Shown here piece after piece: positions 1 to 8,927 of a DNA stretch of 46,634 nucleotides; within the stretch, counting starts at the first letter, position 1, and the number at the start of each line of letters is the position of its first letter. Origin of the DNA: Candidatus Aminicenantes bacterium. GTDB taxonomy: Bacteria; Acidobacteriota; Aminicenantia; UBA2199. The position numbers and the translations under genes were made by a program. The stretch spans positions 1 to 46,634 of the forward strand of contig DAHVOV010000133.1 in NCBI GenBank assembly GCA_027318645.1. The letters run 5' to 3'. The notes under the pieces are model-generated. The model had not been told where the DNA came from, ran no database searches, and saw only the letters and a list, made by a program, of their open reading frames with translations.

Positions 1-167
1 GCACCATCGACGATGTCCAGGCCCTCAACCAGGCCCTGGTCGACTACCTCCTCTGGTACAACACCAGAAAACCTCACCGCGGCATTGGCAACCTCACCCC
101 CATGGAGTACTATGTACGATCAGCTCGCCTTCAAAGGCAGATGTCCAATATGTAATGGACTCCTACA
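1..167 (+). mobile_element. Right end of an IS481-like (rve/DDE) insertion sequence, truncated by window start
   Basis: Transposase C-terminus in frame 3 followed by TGGACTCCTACA ending at 167; IS481 ends are TGT...ACA. Left end not in window, so TIR and target duplication cannot be confirmed. Confidence 0.65.
3..155 (+). CDS. Transposase integrase-core C-terminal fragment (IS481/IS3-like), partial; not in ORF track
   Basis: Own translation: TIDDVQALNQALVDYLLWYNTRKPHRGIGNLTPMEYYVRSARLQRQMSNM*; WYNxxxPHxxxxxxTP is the rve integrase-core tail. Confidence 0.8.
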   Translation, partial: TIDDVQALNQALVDYLLWYNTRKPHRGIGNLTPMEYYVRSARLQRQMSNM

Positions 168-172
168 TGCCC

Positions 173-201
173 TTGCGCCTCCCCCCTGGCTCGCGTATAA
201 T
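173..201 (+). promoter_or_regulatory. sigma70-type promoter for thioredoxin-OsmC genes
   Basis: TTGCGC(173-178)-17 nt-TATAAT(196-201); GGAGG at 211-215. Confidence 0.7.
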
Positions 202-219
202 CAGCCGCCAGGAGGCGCC

Positions 220-789
220 ATGATCTGTCCCCGCTGCCGCCAGTTCACGCCCGACGAGGGATTCGCCTGCATCCAGTGCGGCGCCCCCGTCCAGAGGGCC
301 CAGACCGTTGCCGGCGCGGGGCGGGATCCCTCCCGGCGCACGGAGTCGCGGAGCTTCTTCCGCTCCTGGATGCTGGCCCTGCTGGCGCTGGTGGCGCTGC
401 TGGGCTACGTGGCCTACGGCCGGCTGAACCGCAGCCACGCCGCCAACGCCTTCGCTCCCGGCGCCGAGCTGGCCGTCGAAGGATACCTGGTGAAGGGCCG
501 GACCACCATCGTCGACTTCTACAGCGACTACTGCCCGCCCTGCCGCAGGATGTCGCCGCTGCTGGCCAAGCTGGCCAGGATGCGCCCCGACCTGGCGGTG
601 GTCAAGCTGGACATCAACCGCAAGGGGGTCGAGGGCATCGACTGGGCCTCGCCGCTGGCGCGGCAGTACGAGCTCAGCTCCATCCCCTATTTCCGCATCT
701 ATGACGGCGAGGGCAACCTGCTGCAGGACGGGCCGGAGGCGACGCAGGAGATCGTGACCATGCTGGCACGCGCCGGGATCGAACTGTAG
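220..789 (+). CDS. Zinc-ribbon + TM helix + thioredoxin-domain protein
   Basis: ATG220 after GGAGG; CPRC...CIQC ribbon, hydrophobic helix, VDFYSDYCPPC thioredoxin motif, SIPY cis-Pro loop. Confidence 0.85.
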   Translation: MICPRCRQFTPDEGFACIQCGAPVQRAQTVAGAGRDPSRRTESRSFFRSWMLALLALVALLGYVAYGRLNRSHAANAFAPGAELAVEGYLVKGRTTIVDFYSDYCPPCRRMSPLLAKLARMRPDLAVVKLDINRKGVEGIDWASPLARQYELSSIPYFRIYDGEGNLLQDGPEATQEIVTMLARAGIEL

Positions 790-838
790 CGGGCCGGGCG
801 CGGCCCCGGCCCGAGAATCCAGGCAAAGGAGGGACGAC

Positions 839-1234
839 ATGGACATGAAGATCACGTTCCACGGGGGCAAGAAGGTCCACGCCGACTACCACGGCTTCAC
901 CCATAAGACCGACCAGCCCGTCGCTGCCGGCGGCGAGAACACGGCGCCCTCGCCCTTCGAGCTGTTCCTGGCCTCGCTGGGCACCTGCGCCGGCTTCTAC
1001 GTCCTCTCCTTCTGCCAGGGGCGCGGCATCGACACCGCCGGCATCGAGCTGAACATGGGCATGGAATGGGACGAGCGCAGCCACCTGATCGCCCGGATGA
1101 ACATCGAGGTCGTCCTGCCCGCCTCCTTCCCGGAGAAGTACCGGGCCGCCGTGCTGCAGGCGGCCCAGTCGTGCACGGTGAAGAAGCACCTGCAGAACCC
1201 GCCGCAGTTCAACCTCTACGCCACTGTGCGCTGA
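839..1234 (+). CDS. OsmC family protein
   Basis: AAGGAGG RBS; TDQP..GG...APSPFELFLASLGTC and SCTVKK two-Cys motifs. Confidence 0.9.
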   Translation: MDMKITFHGGKKVHADYHGFTHKTDQPVAAGGENTAPSPFELFLASLGTCAGFYVLSFCQGRGIDTAGIELNMGMEWDERSHLIARMNIEVVLPASFPEKYRAAVLQAAQSCTVKKHLQNPPQFNLYATVR

Positions 1235-3445
1235 TCATTCCCCGGCGCCGGGGTCGGTCACCTCGACGAGGCCGTTGCCGCAGACCACGCGCACGCTGCG
1301 CCCCAGGGCCAGCGCCGGCGCCAGCTCCGGGTGGGCGCGCAGCAGCGCGAAGTATTCGCTCGAGGCGAAGGCCACGCGCGTCAGCGGCAGCTTCCCCCGC
1401 GACGGGATGCGGCCGTCCACCCAGGTGCCGCGGTTCAGGTAGAAGGCGACGCCGCCGGCCGTCCGCACCTGGCCCGCGGCGGCGGCGAAGGCGCCGGAGA
1501 GCGGGCGGGCGGCGTCGACGGTCGACGCCTGGTTCAGCTTCTGCAGCTCGACGCTGGCGCGCACGCTGCCGGCCCCCGACTTGTCCTTCATGGCGGCGAA
1601 CTCCTCGCGCCGCTCGCGCTCCAGGGCCGGTGCGCCGGGGATGCCGCCGACGGTCATGTCGCTCTCGGCCAGGTCGCCGCGGCCGCGGCGGGCCGCCTCG
1701 TCCTCGACGATCAGGTAGCTGGTGTAGGGCGTGACGATGCCGTACTGCCGGGCCAGGCGCGTCGCCTCTTCGACCAGCTCCCGCTCCTCGCCGTGCAGGC
1801 GGATCTGGTCGAGCAGGAAGCCCACCCGGCGCGCGGCCCACAGCGGCGGCAGGAAGTCGTGGTTCGCGCTCTCCCGCGGCAGGTCGGCGCGGAAGGCGAA
1901 TTCCTCGGCGCGGCCGTTGACCGTGCCGCGCAGGGTGAAGACGGCCGGCCCGGAGCCGCGATAGCGGCCGACGACCGTCAGCGACGAGCCGCGATAGAGG
2001 TCGCCCAGCCGCCTCGGGTGGAGCTGCGAGGCGCCGGCCTGCGGCGAGACCTCCAGGCGAACGTCGCTCAGCACCGGCGAGCGGATCTTGTCGTAGAAGC
2101 GGGCGATGCCCGCCTCAAGGTCGTCGCCGGCGGCCAGGTAGGTGCGGAAGGTGCGCGTGCGCTCGGCGAACCCGTCCAGCAGGTGGGTGTTGATCTCGCT
2201 GCCGATGGCCACCGGGAACAGGCGCGCCCCGGCGGCGGCGCGGCCGGCCAGGGCCAGCAGCGCCTCGTCGCCGGTCTCGCCGATGGTCGGCCGGCCGTCG
2301 GTGACCAGGACGATCGCCCGCGAGCGTTCGGCGGAGCCCTTCTCCGCCAGTGCGGCCTTCAGCGCCTCCTCGCAGTTGGTGCCGCCGGCCGCCTGCCAGC
2401 CGGCGACGAACTCGCGCGCCCGGGCCAGGTTCGCGCCGTCGGCCGGGACCAGGCCGTTGAACAGCGACTCGGCCTCGGTCGAGAAGCGGACGACGCTGAA
2501 GCGGTCCCGGCGGCCCAGCCGCTCCAAACAGCGGGCGATCGCCGCCCGCGCCTGCTCGATGGCCCGGCCGGCCATGCTGCCCGACGTGTCGACCACGAAG
2601 GTGACGTCCTGGGCAGCGGCCTCCTCGCCGCCGCGCGCGAAGGACGGGGCGACGCTGAGGAAGAAGAAGCCGTCCTGGCCGCCGGCGCGGTGGGCGAGCA
2701 GGGAGAAGCCGAGGCGGCCCGTCGCCGGCGTGAAGACCAGGCGGAAGTCGCGGTCGGGGAGTGTGTCGCGGGCCGCGTAGCGGACCGTGGCGCCGCCGGC
2801 GCCGGCGCGCGAGACCTCCGCCGCGTGGGTGGGGCAGTGGATGTCGGCCAGGCCCTCCGAGGAATGCACCTCGACCACGAGGCTGACCTCGGGAACGGCC
2901 CGGGAGGAGAACTTCTCGGTGGCGAGCGGGTAGAGGTAGGAGACGGCGCCGTTGTCCTTCTCCAGCACCTCGTGGTAGGAGATGCGGATGCGCTTGCGGC
3001 CGCGCGGCTCGATGGGGAAGACGCGCATGCGGAACGCGCCGCGGCCGTCGTACTCCAGCAGCGCCGGGTCGCGCAGCCGGCGCACGATGTCCTCGTAGAT
3101 GCCGCGCGCCTTGGCGGCGTCGAGCAGCTCGGCCCGGGTCTCGCGGCCGTCGATCCACATGCTGAAGCGCTCGATGACGGCGCCGGCGGGCAGCGGGAAG
3201 AGGTAAACGCCCTCCAGGCGCGCGTCGTTGGGGTTGTAGAATTCCTGGTCGACCGAGGTCGTGGCCAACTGCCCGTCGATGGTCACGCGCACGTCGTGGC
3301 GCACCACCTCCAGCGGGAAGGGCGAGGCCGGCCCCGGCCGCGGCGGCCGCGGCACCACGATGAAGCCGTCTCCGCGCAGCGCCCCGGCGCCGGCGGCCAG
3401 CGCGGCCAGCAGCATCAGCATGACCTTCATGTTCGCATGTCCCAT
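1235..3445 (-). CDS. Secreted VIT + vWA domain protein (inter-alpha-trypsin inhibitor heavy chain-like)
   Basis: Signal peptide; VIT motifs (QEFYNP..EGVYLFPLP, DPALLEY); MIDAS DTSGSM...TDG; GIVTPYTSYLI; GAGGAGG RBS. Confidence 0.9.
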   Translation of the reverse strand: MGHANMKVMLMLLAALAAGAGALRGDGFIVVPRPPRPGPASPFPLEVVRHDVRVTIDGQLATTSVDQEFYNPNDARLEGVYLFPLPAGAVIERFSMWIDGRETRAELLDAAKARGIYEDIVRRLRDPALLEYDGRGAFRMRVFPIEPRGRKRIRISYHEVLEKDNGAVSYLYPLATEKFSSRAVPEVSLVVEVHSSEGLADIHCPTHAAEVSRAGAGGATVRYAARDTLPDRDFRLVFTPATGRLGFSLLAHRAGGQDGFFFLSVAPSFARGGEEAAAQDVTFVVDTSGSMAGRAIEQARAAIARCLERLGRRDRFSVVRFSTEAESLFNGLVPADGANLARAREFVAGWQAAGGTNCEEALKAALAEKGSAERSRAIVLVTDGRPTIGETGDEALLALAGRAAAGARLFPVAIGSEINTHLLDGFAERTRTFRTYLAAGDDLEAGIARFYDKIRSPVLSDVRLEVSPQAGASQLHPRRLGDLYRGSSLTVVGRYRGSGPAVFTLRGTVNGRAEEFAFRADLPRESANHDFLPPLWAARRVGFLLDQIRLHGEERELVEEATRLARQYGIVTPYTSYLIVEDEAARRGRGDLAESDMTVGGIPGAPALERERREEFAAMKDKSGAGSVRASVELQKLNQASTVDAARPLSGAFAAAAGQVRTAGGVAFYLNRGTWVDGRIPSRGKLPLTRVAFASSEYFALLRAHPELAPALALGRSVRVVCGNGLVEVTDPGAGE

Positions 3446-3473
3446 CGGCTCCTCCTCGGCGGCTTTCGCCGGC

Positions 3474-4598
3474 TCACTTCCCGAACACGTAGCCCTTTTG
3501 CTCCGCCTGGCGGCGCAGGGCGCTGATGACGGCCTCGTCGAGCCCGCCGGCCGCGGCCTGGCTCTTCTGCCGCTCGCGGAGGAAGCGCTCGCGCTCGGCG
3601 TTCAGCGCCGAGACCTTCTTGCGCATCTCCTCGCGCTTCTTCTGCATGGACGCCACGTATTCCTTGCGCTGCGCGGCCGACATCCCCTTCATCTCACGGG
3701 GCAGCTCGTCCTCGGCCAGCTCCTCCAGGCGGACGAGCCCCTTCTTCTCGGCGTCGACCAGGTCCCAGGCGGAGCTGTCGTACATCGGCGCCGCCTTGGC
3801 CGCGGCGCGCTCGGCCATGAACGCCCCGCCGACGGCGGCGGCGTTGGCGTCCTGGGCCTCCTGGCGCCGCTTGCCGTCCGCTCCCTGGCGGCCGTAGGCG
3901 ACGTAGGTGGCGTTGAGCTCGCGGCCCAGGCGCGCGATCTCGGCGTCCTGCGGCGCCGGGGGCGGCGGCGGGGCGTTGTCGGCGTCGATGGCGGCGTACT
4001 GGCCGTCGGCCAGGTCGGCGCCCTCCTTCCAGCCCGTCCGCACCCCTTCCGCGCGCGGGCCGCAGAAGATGGTGTTGACGACGATGCCGCCGCGGATGGC
4101 CTCGGCGCAGGCGGCGCGGTAGTCGACGCCGCCCTGGCTGAACGGCTCGTTGCCGGCGATGACGATCAGCTTCAGGTCGCCGCTGCCCGGGCTCCACTCG
4201 AGGCCGCGCGCGGCCTCGCGGATGACCTGGCCGCAGTACTCGTCGCCGCCGTTGGTGCGCAGGCGGAACAGCTCCTCGGAGACGCGGTCGAGGTCCTCGC
4301 TCAGCGGAACGACGCGCCGCAGGTACCCTTCAGCGGCGGGGATGGAGCTCTGGCCGTACTCGTACAGCGCCACCTGCAGCCGCGGGACGCGGCCCTGCCG
4401 GCGGGCCGTGGCCAGCTCGTTGACGATCTTCCAGATGCGCGAGCGCGCCTGGTCGATCAGGCCGTCCATGCTGCCCGAGGTGTCGAGCAGCACCGCCAGC
4501 TGGATCCGCGGGGCCGGTGATGCGGGAACCGCGCCGCCCCAAAGGCCGGTGCCCAATGAAACCGCCGCCAAGGTCAACCACACGCTTGTTTTGTTCAT
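3474..4598 (-). CDS. Secreted vWA domain protein with C-terminal coiled coil
   Basis: Signal peptide; LLDTSGSM MIDAS, GGDEYCG, IAGNEPF; AAGGAGG RBS. Confidence 0.85.
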   Translation of the reverse strand: MNKTSVWLTLAAVSLGTGLWGGAVPASPAPRIQLAVLLDTSGSMDGLIDQARSRIWKIVNELATARRQGRVPRLQVALYEYGQSSIPAAEGYLRRVVPLSEDLDRVSEELFRLRTNGGDEYCGQVIREAARGLEWSPGSGDLKLIVIAGNEPFSQGGVDYRAACAEAIRGGIVVNTIFCGPRAEGVRTGWKEGADLADGQYAAIDADNAPPPPPAPQDAEIARLGRELNATYVAYGRQGADGKRRQEAQDANAAAVGGAFMAERAAAKAAPMYDSSAWDLVDAEKKGLVRLEELAEDELPREMKGMSAAQRKEYVASMQKKREEMRKKVSALNAERERFLRERQKSQAAAGGLDEAVISALRRQAEQKGYVFGK

Positions 4599-4658
4599 GC
4601 CGCCTCCTTTCGCGGGGTTGGACGGCAGGATGCGCCCCGATTGCCCGGCGCGGGCGCA

Positions 4659-4687
4659 TTGACAAAGAGGCCCGGCGGGCTTATAGT
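4659..4687 (+). promoter_or_regulatory. sigma70 promoter of gatE-gatD
   Basis: TTGACA(4659-4664)-17 nt-TATAGT(4682-4687); GAGG at 4701-4704 before ATG4709. Confidence 0.8.
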
Positions 4688-4708
4688 AGCCATTCTCCCC
4701 GAGGAATC

Positions 4709-6712
4709 ATGAAACCATCCTTCGACCCGCTGCAGAACTGTGAAAGGAGCCGGAAAACGGTCGGCTGGACGCCGCGCCGCGAGACCCCGGCCGACTCCTA
4801 TGCCCGCCTGGGTTTCAAGTGCGGCCTGGAGATCCACCAGCAGCTGAAGACCGGCCAGAAGCTCTTCTGCCACTGCCCGGCCGGCCGCTACCACCGCCAC
4901 GACGACTTCGACGCCGAGATCGTGCGCCACATGCGCCCGACCCTTTCCGAGCTGGGCGAGTACGACGGCACGGCGCTGATGGAGTTCAAGACGCGCAAGG
5001 TCGTCGTCTACCGCATCAAGAACGAGACCACCTGCACCTACGAGATCGACGATACGCCCCCCTTCCGCATCAACCGCCAGGCCATGGAGATCGCCATCGA
5101 GGCGGCGCTGCTGCTGAAGTGCAACATCGTCGGCGAGCTGCACATCACCCGCAAGCAGTACCTCGACGGCAGCATCCCCACCGGCTTCCAGCGCACCGGC
5201 ATCCTGGGCATCGAGGGCGAGATCCCGCTGAGCCGCAAGAAGGTGCGCGTCATCCAGCTCAGCGTCGAGGAGGACGCCTGCCGCGAGGTCTCGGACCGGG
5301 GGCACGTGCGCGTCTACTCCACCGACCGCCTGGGCATGCCGCTGATGGAGATGGTCACCTATCCCGACATGCTCACCCCCGACGAGGCGGCCGAGGCGGC
5401 GCACTACCTGCGCTTCCTGGCGCGCAGCACCGGCAAGGTGCGCACCGGCATCGGCGCCGCCCGCGAGGACGTCAACGTCAGCGTCGCCGGCGGCACGCGC
5501 GTCGAGATCAAGGGCGTGGCGCACATCGCCTGGATCCCCGAGCTGGTGCACAACGAGGCCTTCCGCCAGAAGGCGCTGCTGGAGATCCGCGACGAGCTGA
5601 AGCGCCGCGTCGCCGACCCCGGCGGCTGGACGCCCGGCCACGCCGAGCTCGACCCGGCGGCGCTGGACTGCCGGCACCCCTTGCTGCAGGAGGCGCGGCG
5701 CAACAAGCTGCGGCTGCTGGCGGTCAACCTGCCCGCCTTCCAGGGTATCCTCTCCTTCTTCACCCAGCCGGGCCAGTCGTTCGCCGACGAGATCGCCGGC
5801 CGGCTGAAGGTCATCGCCTGCCTGGAGAAGCCCAACATGCTGCATTCCGAGCCCCTCGGCCCCGAAGCGGCCGACGAGGCGCTGTTCCAGGACGCGCGCC
5901 GGGCGCTGCAGGCGCGGGAGGGCGATGCCCAGGTCGTCTTCTGGGCCGCCGACGATGACGTGAAGACGGCGCTGGAGACGATCGCCGAGCGCTGCCGCCT
6001 GGCCTTCCAGGGCGTGCCCAACGAGACGCGCAAGAGCTTCGCAGACGGCACCACCGTCTTCGAGCGCGTCCTGCCCGGCCCCGACCGCATGTACCCCGAC
6101 ACCGACTCGGCGCCCATCCCCATCGAGGAGGAGCTCATCGCGCGCGTGCGCGCCGGGCTGCCGCAGGACGTCGACCGCCGCTTCGCCCAGTTCCGCCAGT
6201 GGGGCGTGCCCGCGGGCGCCTTCGCCTTCCTGCTGAAGCACAACCTGGCGCCGCTGATCGAGGGCATCGCGGCCGACTTCGCCGCCGAGCCGCGCTTCGT
6301 GGCCACGCTGCTGGCCCACGACCTCAAGCACCTGCTGGGCCGCCGGCGCTCCGCGCTGCCGGCGCCCTCCGGCGAGGCGGCCTTCCCCTTCGCCCGCCTG
6401 CGCGAGCTCTTCGCCCTCCTGGAGGAGGAGAAGCTGGAGCGCGGGATCGCCCGCGCCATGCTGCCGGTGCTGGTCGAGCACCCGAACATGGACCTGCGGT
6501 CGGTGCTGACCACCGTGGGCTTCAGCCGGCGGACGCGCAAGGAGGTGCTGGCGCTGCTGCCGCCGCTGCGGAAGAAATACCGGCACATCGCCACCTCCAA
6601 GGACCCCGGGGCGCCGGCGCGCTGGATCGCCGGCCAGCTGCGCCAGGCGGCGCTGGGCAACCTGCCCATGCGCGAGGTGGCCGAGGCGGCCGCCGCCGGA
6701 GGTGAAGCGTGA
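4709..6712 (+). CDS. gatE: Glu-tRNA(Gln) amidotransferase subunit E (archaeal-type GatE)
   Basis: GFKCGLEIHQQL, KLFCHCP, DGSIPTGFQRT, EEDA, DRLGMPLME, DVNVS..GG.RVEIKGV, RVLPGPDRMYPDTD; ~667 aa, longer than GatB, with an insertion region; start set to ATG4709 from promoter and RBS. Confidence 0.92.
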   Translation: MKPSFDPLQNCERSRKTVGWTPRRETPADSYARLGFKCGLEIHQQLKTGQKLFCHCPAGRYHRHDDFDAEIVRHMRPTLSELGEYDGTALMEFKTRKVVVYRIKNETTCTYEIDDTPPFRINRQAMEIAIEAALLLKCNIVGELHITRKQYLDGSIPTGFQRTGILGIEGEIPLSRKKVRVIQLSVEEDACREVSDRGHVRVYSTDRLGMPLMEMVTYPDMLTPDEAAEAAHYLRFLARSTGKVRTGIGAAREDVNVSVAGGTRVEIKGVAHIAWIPELVHNEAFRQKALLEIRDELKRRVADPGGWTPGHAELDPAALDCRHPLLQEARRNKLRLLAVNLPAFQGILSFFTQPGQSFADEIAGRLKVIACLEKPNMLHSEPLGPEAADEALFQDARRALQAREGDAQVVFWAADDDVKTALETIAERCRLAFQGVPNETRKSFADGTTVFERVLPGPDRMYPDTDSAPIPIEEELIARVRAGLPQDVDRRFAQFRQWGVPAGAFAFLLKHNLAPLIEGIAADFAAEPRFVATLLAHDLKHLLGRRRSALPAPSGEAAFPFARLRELFALLEEEKLERGIARAMLPVLVEHPNMDLRSVLTTVGFSRRTRKEVLALLPPLRKKYRHIATSKDPGAPARWIAGQLRQAALGNLPMREVAEAAAAGGEA

Positions 6713-8091
6713 GCGACCTCTTCAAGGGCTACAAGGGGCCGGCGCTGGAGCTGCTCAAGAAGTTCAACATCCGCGTCTGGAGCGACGCCAGCGTCAAGAC
6801 CAGCCGCGGCGACTTCCGCGGCATCGTGCTGCCGCGCGCCGAGAACGACGACGACCGGCACATCGTCCTCAAGCTGGCCACCGGATACAACGTCGGCATC
6901 GACGCCGGCACCGTGCGCGGCATGGAGGAGCTGGGCTACAAGGAGGCGCACTACAAGATCCCCGAGAAGGAGTTCCCGGTCTCGAAGGAGAAGAAGAACG
7001 TCAAGCTGCTGGGCACCGGCGGCACCATCGCCTCGCGCCTGGACTACCGCACCGGCGCCGTCATCCCCGCCTTCTCGCCCGGCGAGCTGTACGGCGCCGT
7101 CCCCGAGCTGGCCGACATCTGCAACCTGACGACCGAGAAGCTCTTCGCCGTCTTTTCCGAGAACATGGGCCCCGAGCAGTACAAGGGGCTGGCCAAGGCC
7201 ATCGGCGAGGAGATCCGCAAGGGCACCGACGGCATCGTCATCGGCCACGGCACCGACACCATGCACCACACCGCCGGCATCCTCTCCTTCATGGTGCAGA
7301 ACCCGCCCATCCCCATCGTCATGGTCGGCTCGCAGCGCTCCTCGGACCGGCCGTCGTCGGACGCGGCGCTCAACCTGATGCACGCCACCAAGACCGCCGC
7401 CGAGTCGGACATCGCCGAGGTCATGGTCTGCATGTTCGGCCCGACCTCGGACGAGTACGGCCTGCTGCACCGCGGCACGCGCGTGCGCAAGATGCACTCC
7501 TCCTACCGCTCCACCTTCCGCACCATCGGCGACATCCCGCTGGCCATGGTCGACCGCCGCCGGATCACGCCGCTGCGCAGCGACTACAACCGCCGGCGCA
7601 GAGACCGCGAGGTGAAGATCCTGCCGTACTTCGAGGAAAAGGTCGGGATGCTCTACTACTACCCCAACATGCAGCCCGACATGATCGACTCCATGGTCGA
7701 CCACGGCTACCGCGGCATCGTCATCGCCGGCACCGGGCTGGGGCATGTGAACAAGCCGCTCTACCCGGCCATCGTGCGCGCCGCCGAGAAGGGCGTGGCC
7801 ATCTACATGACGGTGCAGACGCTGTGGGGCTACGTGCACATGTTCGTCTACGACACCGGCCGCGACCTGATGGCCAAGGGCATCGTGCCGGCCGAGAACA
7901 TGCTGCCCGAGGTGGCGTACGTCAAGCTGGCCTGGGCGCTGGGGCAGACCGCCGACCTGGGCGAGGTGAAGCGGCTGATGCTCACCCCCATCGCCGGCGA
8001 GATCACCGAGCGCGAGCCGTACAACGGCTATTTGATCTTCCAGGGCGGCATCCCCGAGGTCGAGGAGTTCATCCGCAAGTTCCACAAATAG
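6709..8091 (+). CDS. gatD: Glu-tRNA(Gln) amidotransferase subunit D (GatD, asparaginase-type glutaminase)
   Basis: GTG start overlaps gatE stop (GTGA); N-terminal KLATGYNVG domain; GTGGTIASRLDYRTGAV, HGTDTM, GSQRSSDRPSSD, RKMHSS, MLPEVAYVKL. Confidence 0.95.
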   Translation: MSDLFKGYKGPALELLKKFNIRVWSDASVKTSRGDFRGIVLPRAENDDDRHIVLKLATGYNVGIDAGTVRGMEELGYKEAHYKIPEKEFPVSKEKKNVKLLGTGGTIASRLDYRTGAVIPAFSPGELYGAVPELADICNLTTEKLFAVFSENMGPEQYKGLAKAIGEEIRKGTDGIVIGHGTDTMHHTAGILSFMVQNPPIPIVMVGSQRSSDRPSSDAALNLMHATKTAAESDIAEVMVCMFGPTSDEYGLLHRGTRVRKMHSSYRSTFRTIGDIPLAMVDRRRITPLRSDYNRRRRDREVKILPYFEEKVGMLYYYPNMQPDMIDSMVDHGYRGIVIAGTGLGHVNKPLYPAIVRAAEKGVAIYMTVQTLWGYVHMFVYDTGRDLMAKGIVPAENMLPEVAYVKLAWALGQTADLGEVKRLMLTPIAGEITEREPYNGYLIFQGGIPEVEEFIRKFHK

Positions 8092-8183
8092 GCCGACGGA
8101 ACCGCCGGCGGCTTGAAATTTCGCAGGCGGATGGTTCATGCCGCGCCTATTGCAACTTCGGCGAAACCAGATAAAATCCGTTC

Positions 8184-8756
8184 ATGACTTCCCGACCGAT
8201 CCATCACAAATTACGCCGCGACCTGGAAGAAAGCCGGATTGATGGCAAGGTGATCGTTTTATTCCTGCCGATCGCGTTCGTCACGTATCTCATCCACGAG
8301 TCCGGGCATTGGGCATTCGGCGAGCTTCTGGGAAACGACATGGTGCTGGGCCTGAACAGCTCTGCCCCGAAAAGCGGCCATTTCATCCATGGTTCCCATG
8401 CTCTGTGGTCCGCGCTGGGGGGGCCTGCCTTCACATTGCTGCAAGCGCTCGTATTTTTCTTGATCGCACGGATGACAAGATCGATCCATGCATATTCCGC
8501 CGTATTTTTCGCCGCGTTCTCGAGACTCTTCTCGATCGTTTTCGGCGGCATCGACCTGCAGGACGAGGCAAGAATCGCCTCCGCTTTGGGCGCGAACAAG
8601 TATTGCGTCGCGGCGATCGTGATGGCGCTGCTTTTTCTGGTCTTGTGGTGGTGCACGCGGATGATGAAGCTGAAAATGAAGGCCGTGGGATATTTTGCCG
8701 TTCTAGGAACGACGGCCATGCTGATCGTGATCGGAGTAAACGGATTGATCGCGTGA
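8184..8756 (+). CDS. Membrane protein with HExxH motif (M50/site-2-protease-like)
   Basis: Several TM helices; IHESGH, GGP turn, later QDE motif; lower GC than flanks. Confidence 0.6.
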   Translation: MTSRPIHHKLRRDLEESRIDGKVIVLFLPIAFVTYLIHESGHWAFGELLGNDMVLGLNSSAPKSGHFIHGSHALWSALGGPAFTLLQALVFFLIARMTRSIHAYSAVFFAAFSRLFSIVFGGIDLQDEARIASALGANKYCVAAIVMALLFLVLWWCTRMMKLKMKAVGYFAVLGTTAMLIVIGVNGLIA

Positions 8757-8927
8757 TTCGGTCCTTGCCTTTTCGTGCCCAGGGGAATAGCATCTGCCGG
8801 GGCAACGCATGGCGAACGGCGTTCAGCGTTCGCTTCCCCCTTTCCAGTCCCGATTCAAGGAGGAACCGTGGCAATCAAGGCAAAAACCGGCATTGCATTT
8901 CCGGCCAGTGTTGCCAATAATGGAATC

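Noticed and set aside
13-219. ORF-track upstream extensions (13, 4517, 8775, 19145, 24402, 30186, 32471, 34337 and others)
   Set aside because: Promoter, RBS and signal-peptide evidence supports the later starts listed in features.
1229-1240. Abutting or overlapping convergent stop codons (TGATCA at 1232-1237; CTAG at 39935-39938)
   Set aside because: Common in compact genomes; no sign of a special mechanism.
6709-8091. gatD as an ordinary L-asparaginase and gatE as gatB
   Set aside because: The GatD-specific N-terminal domain, SRLDYRTGAV and QRSSDRPSSD motifs, plus GatE-type motifs, length and coupling, favour GatDE.
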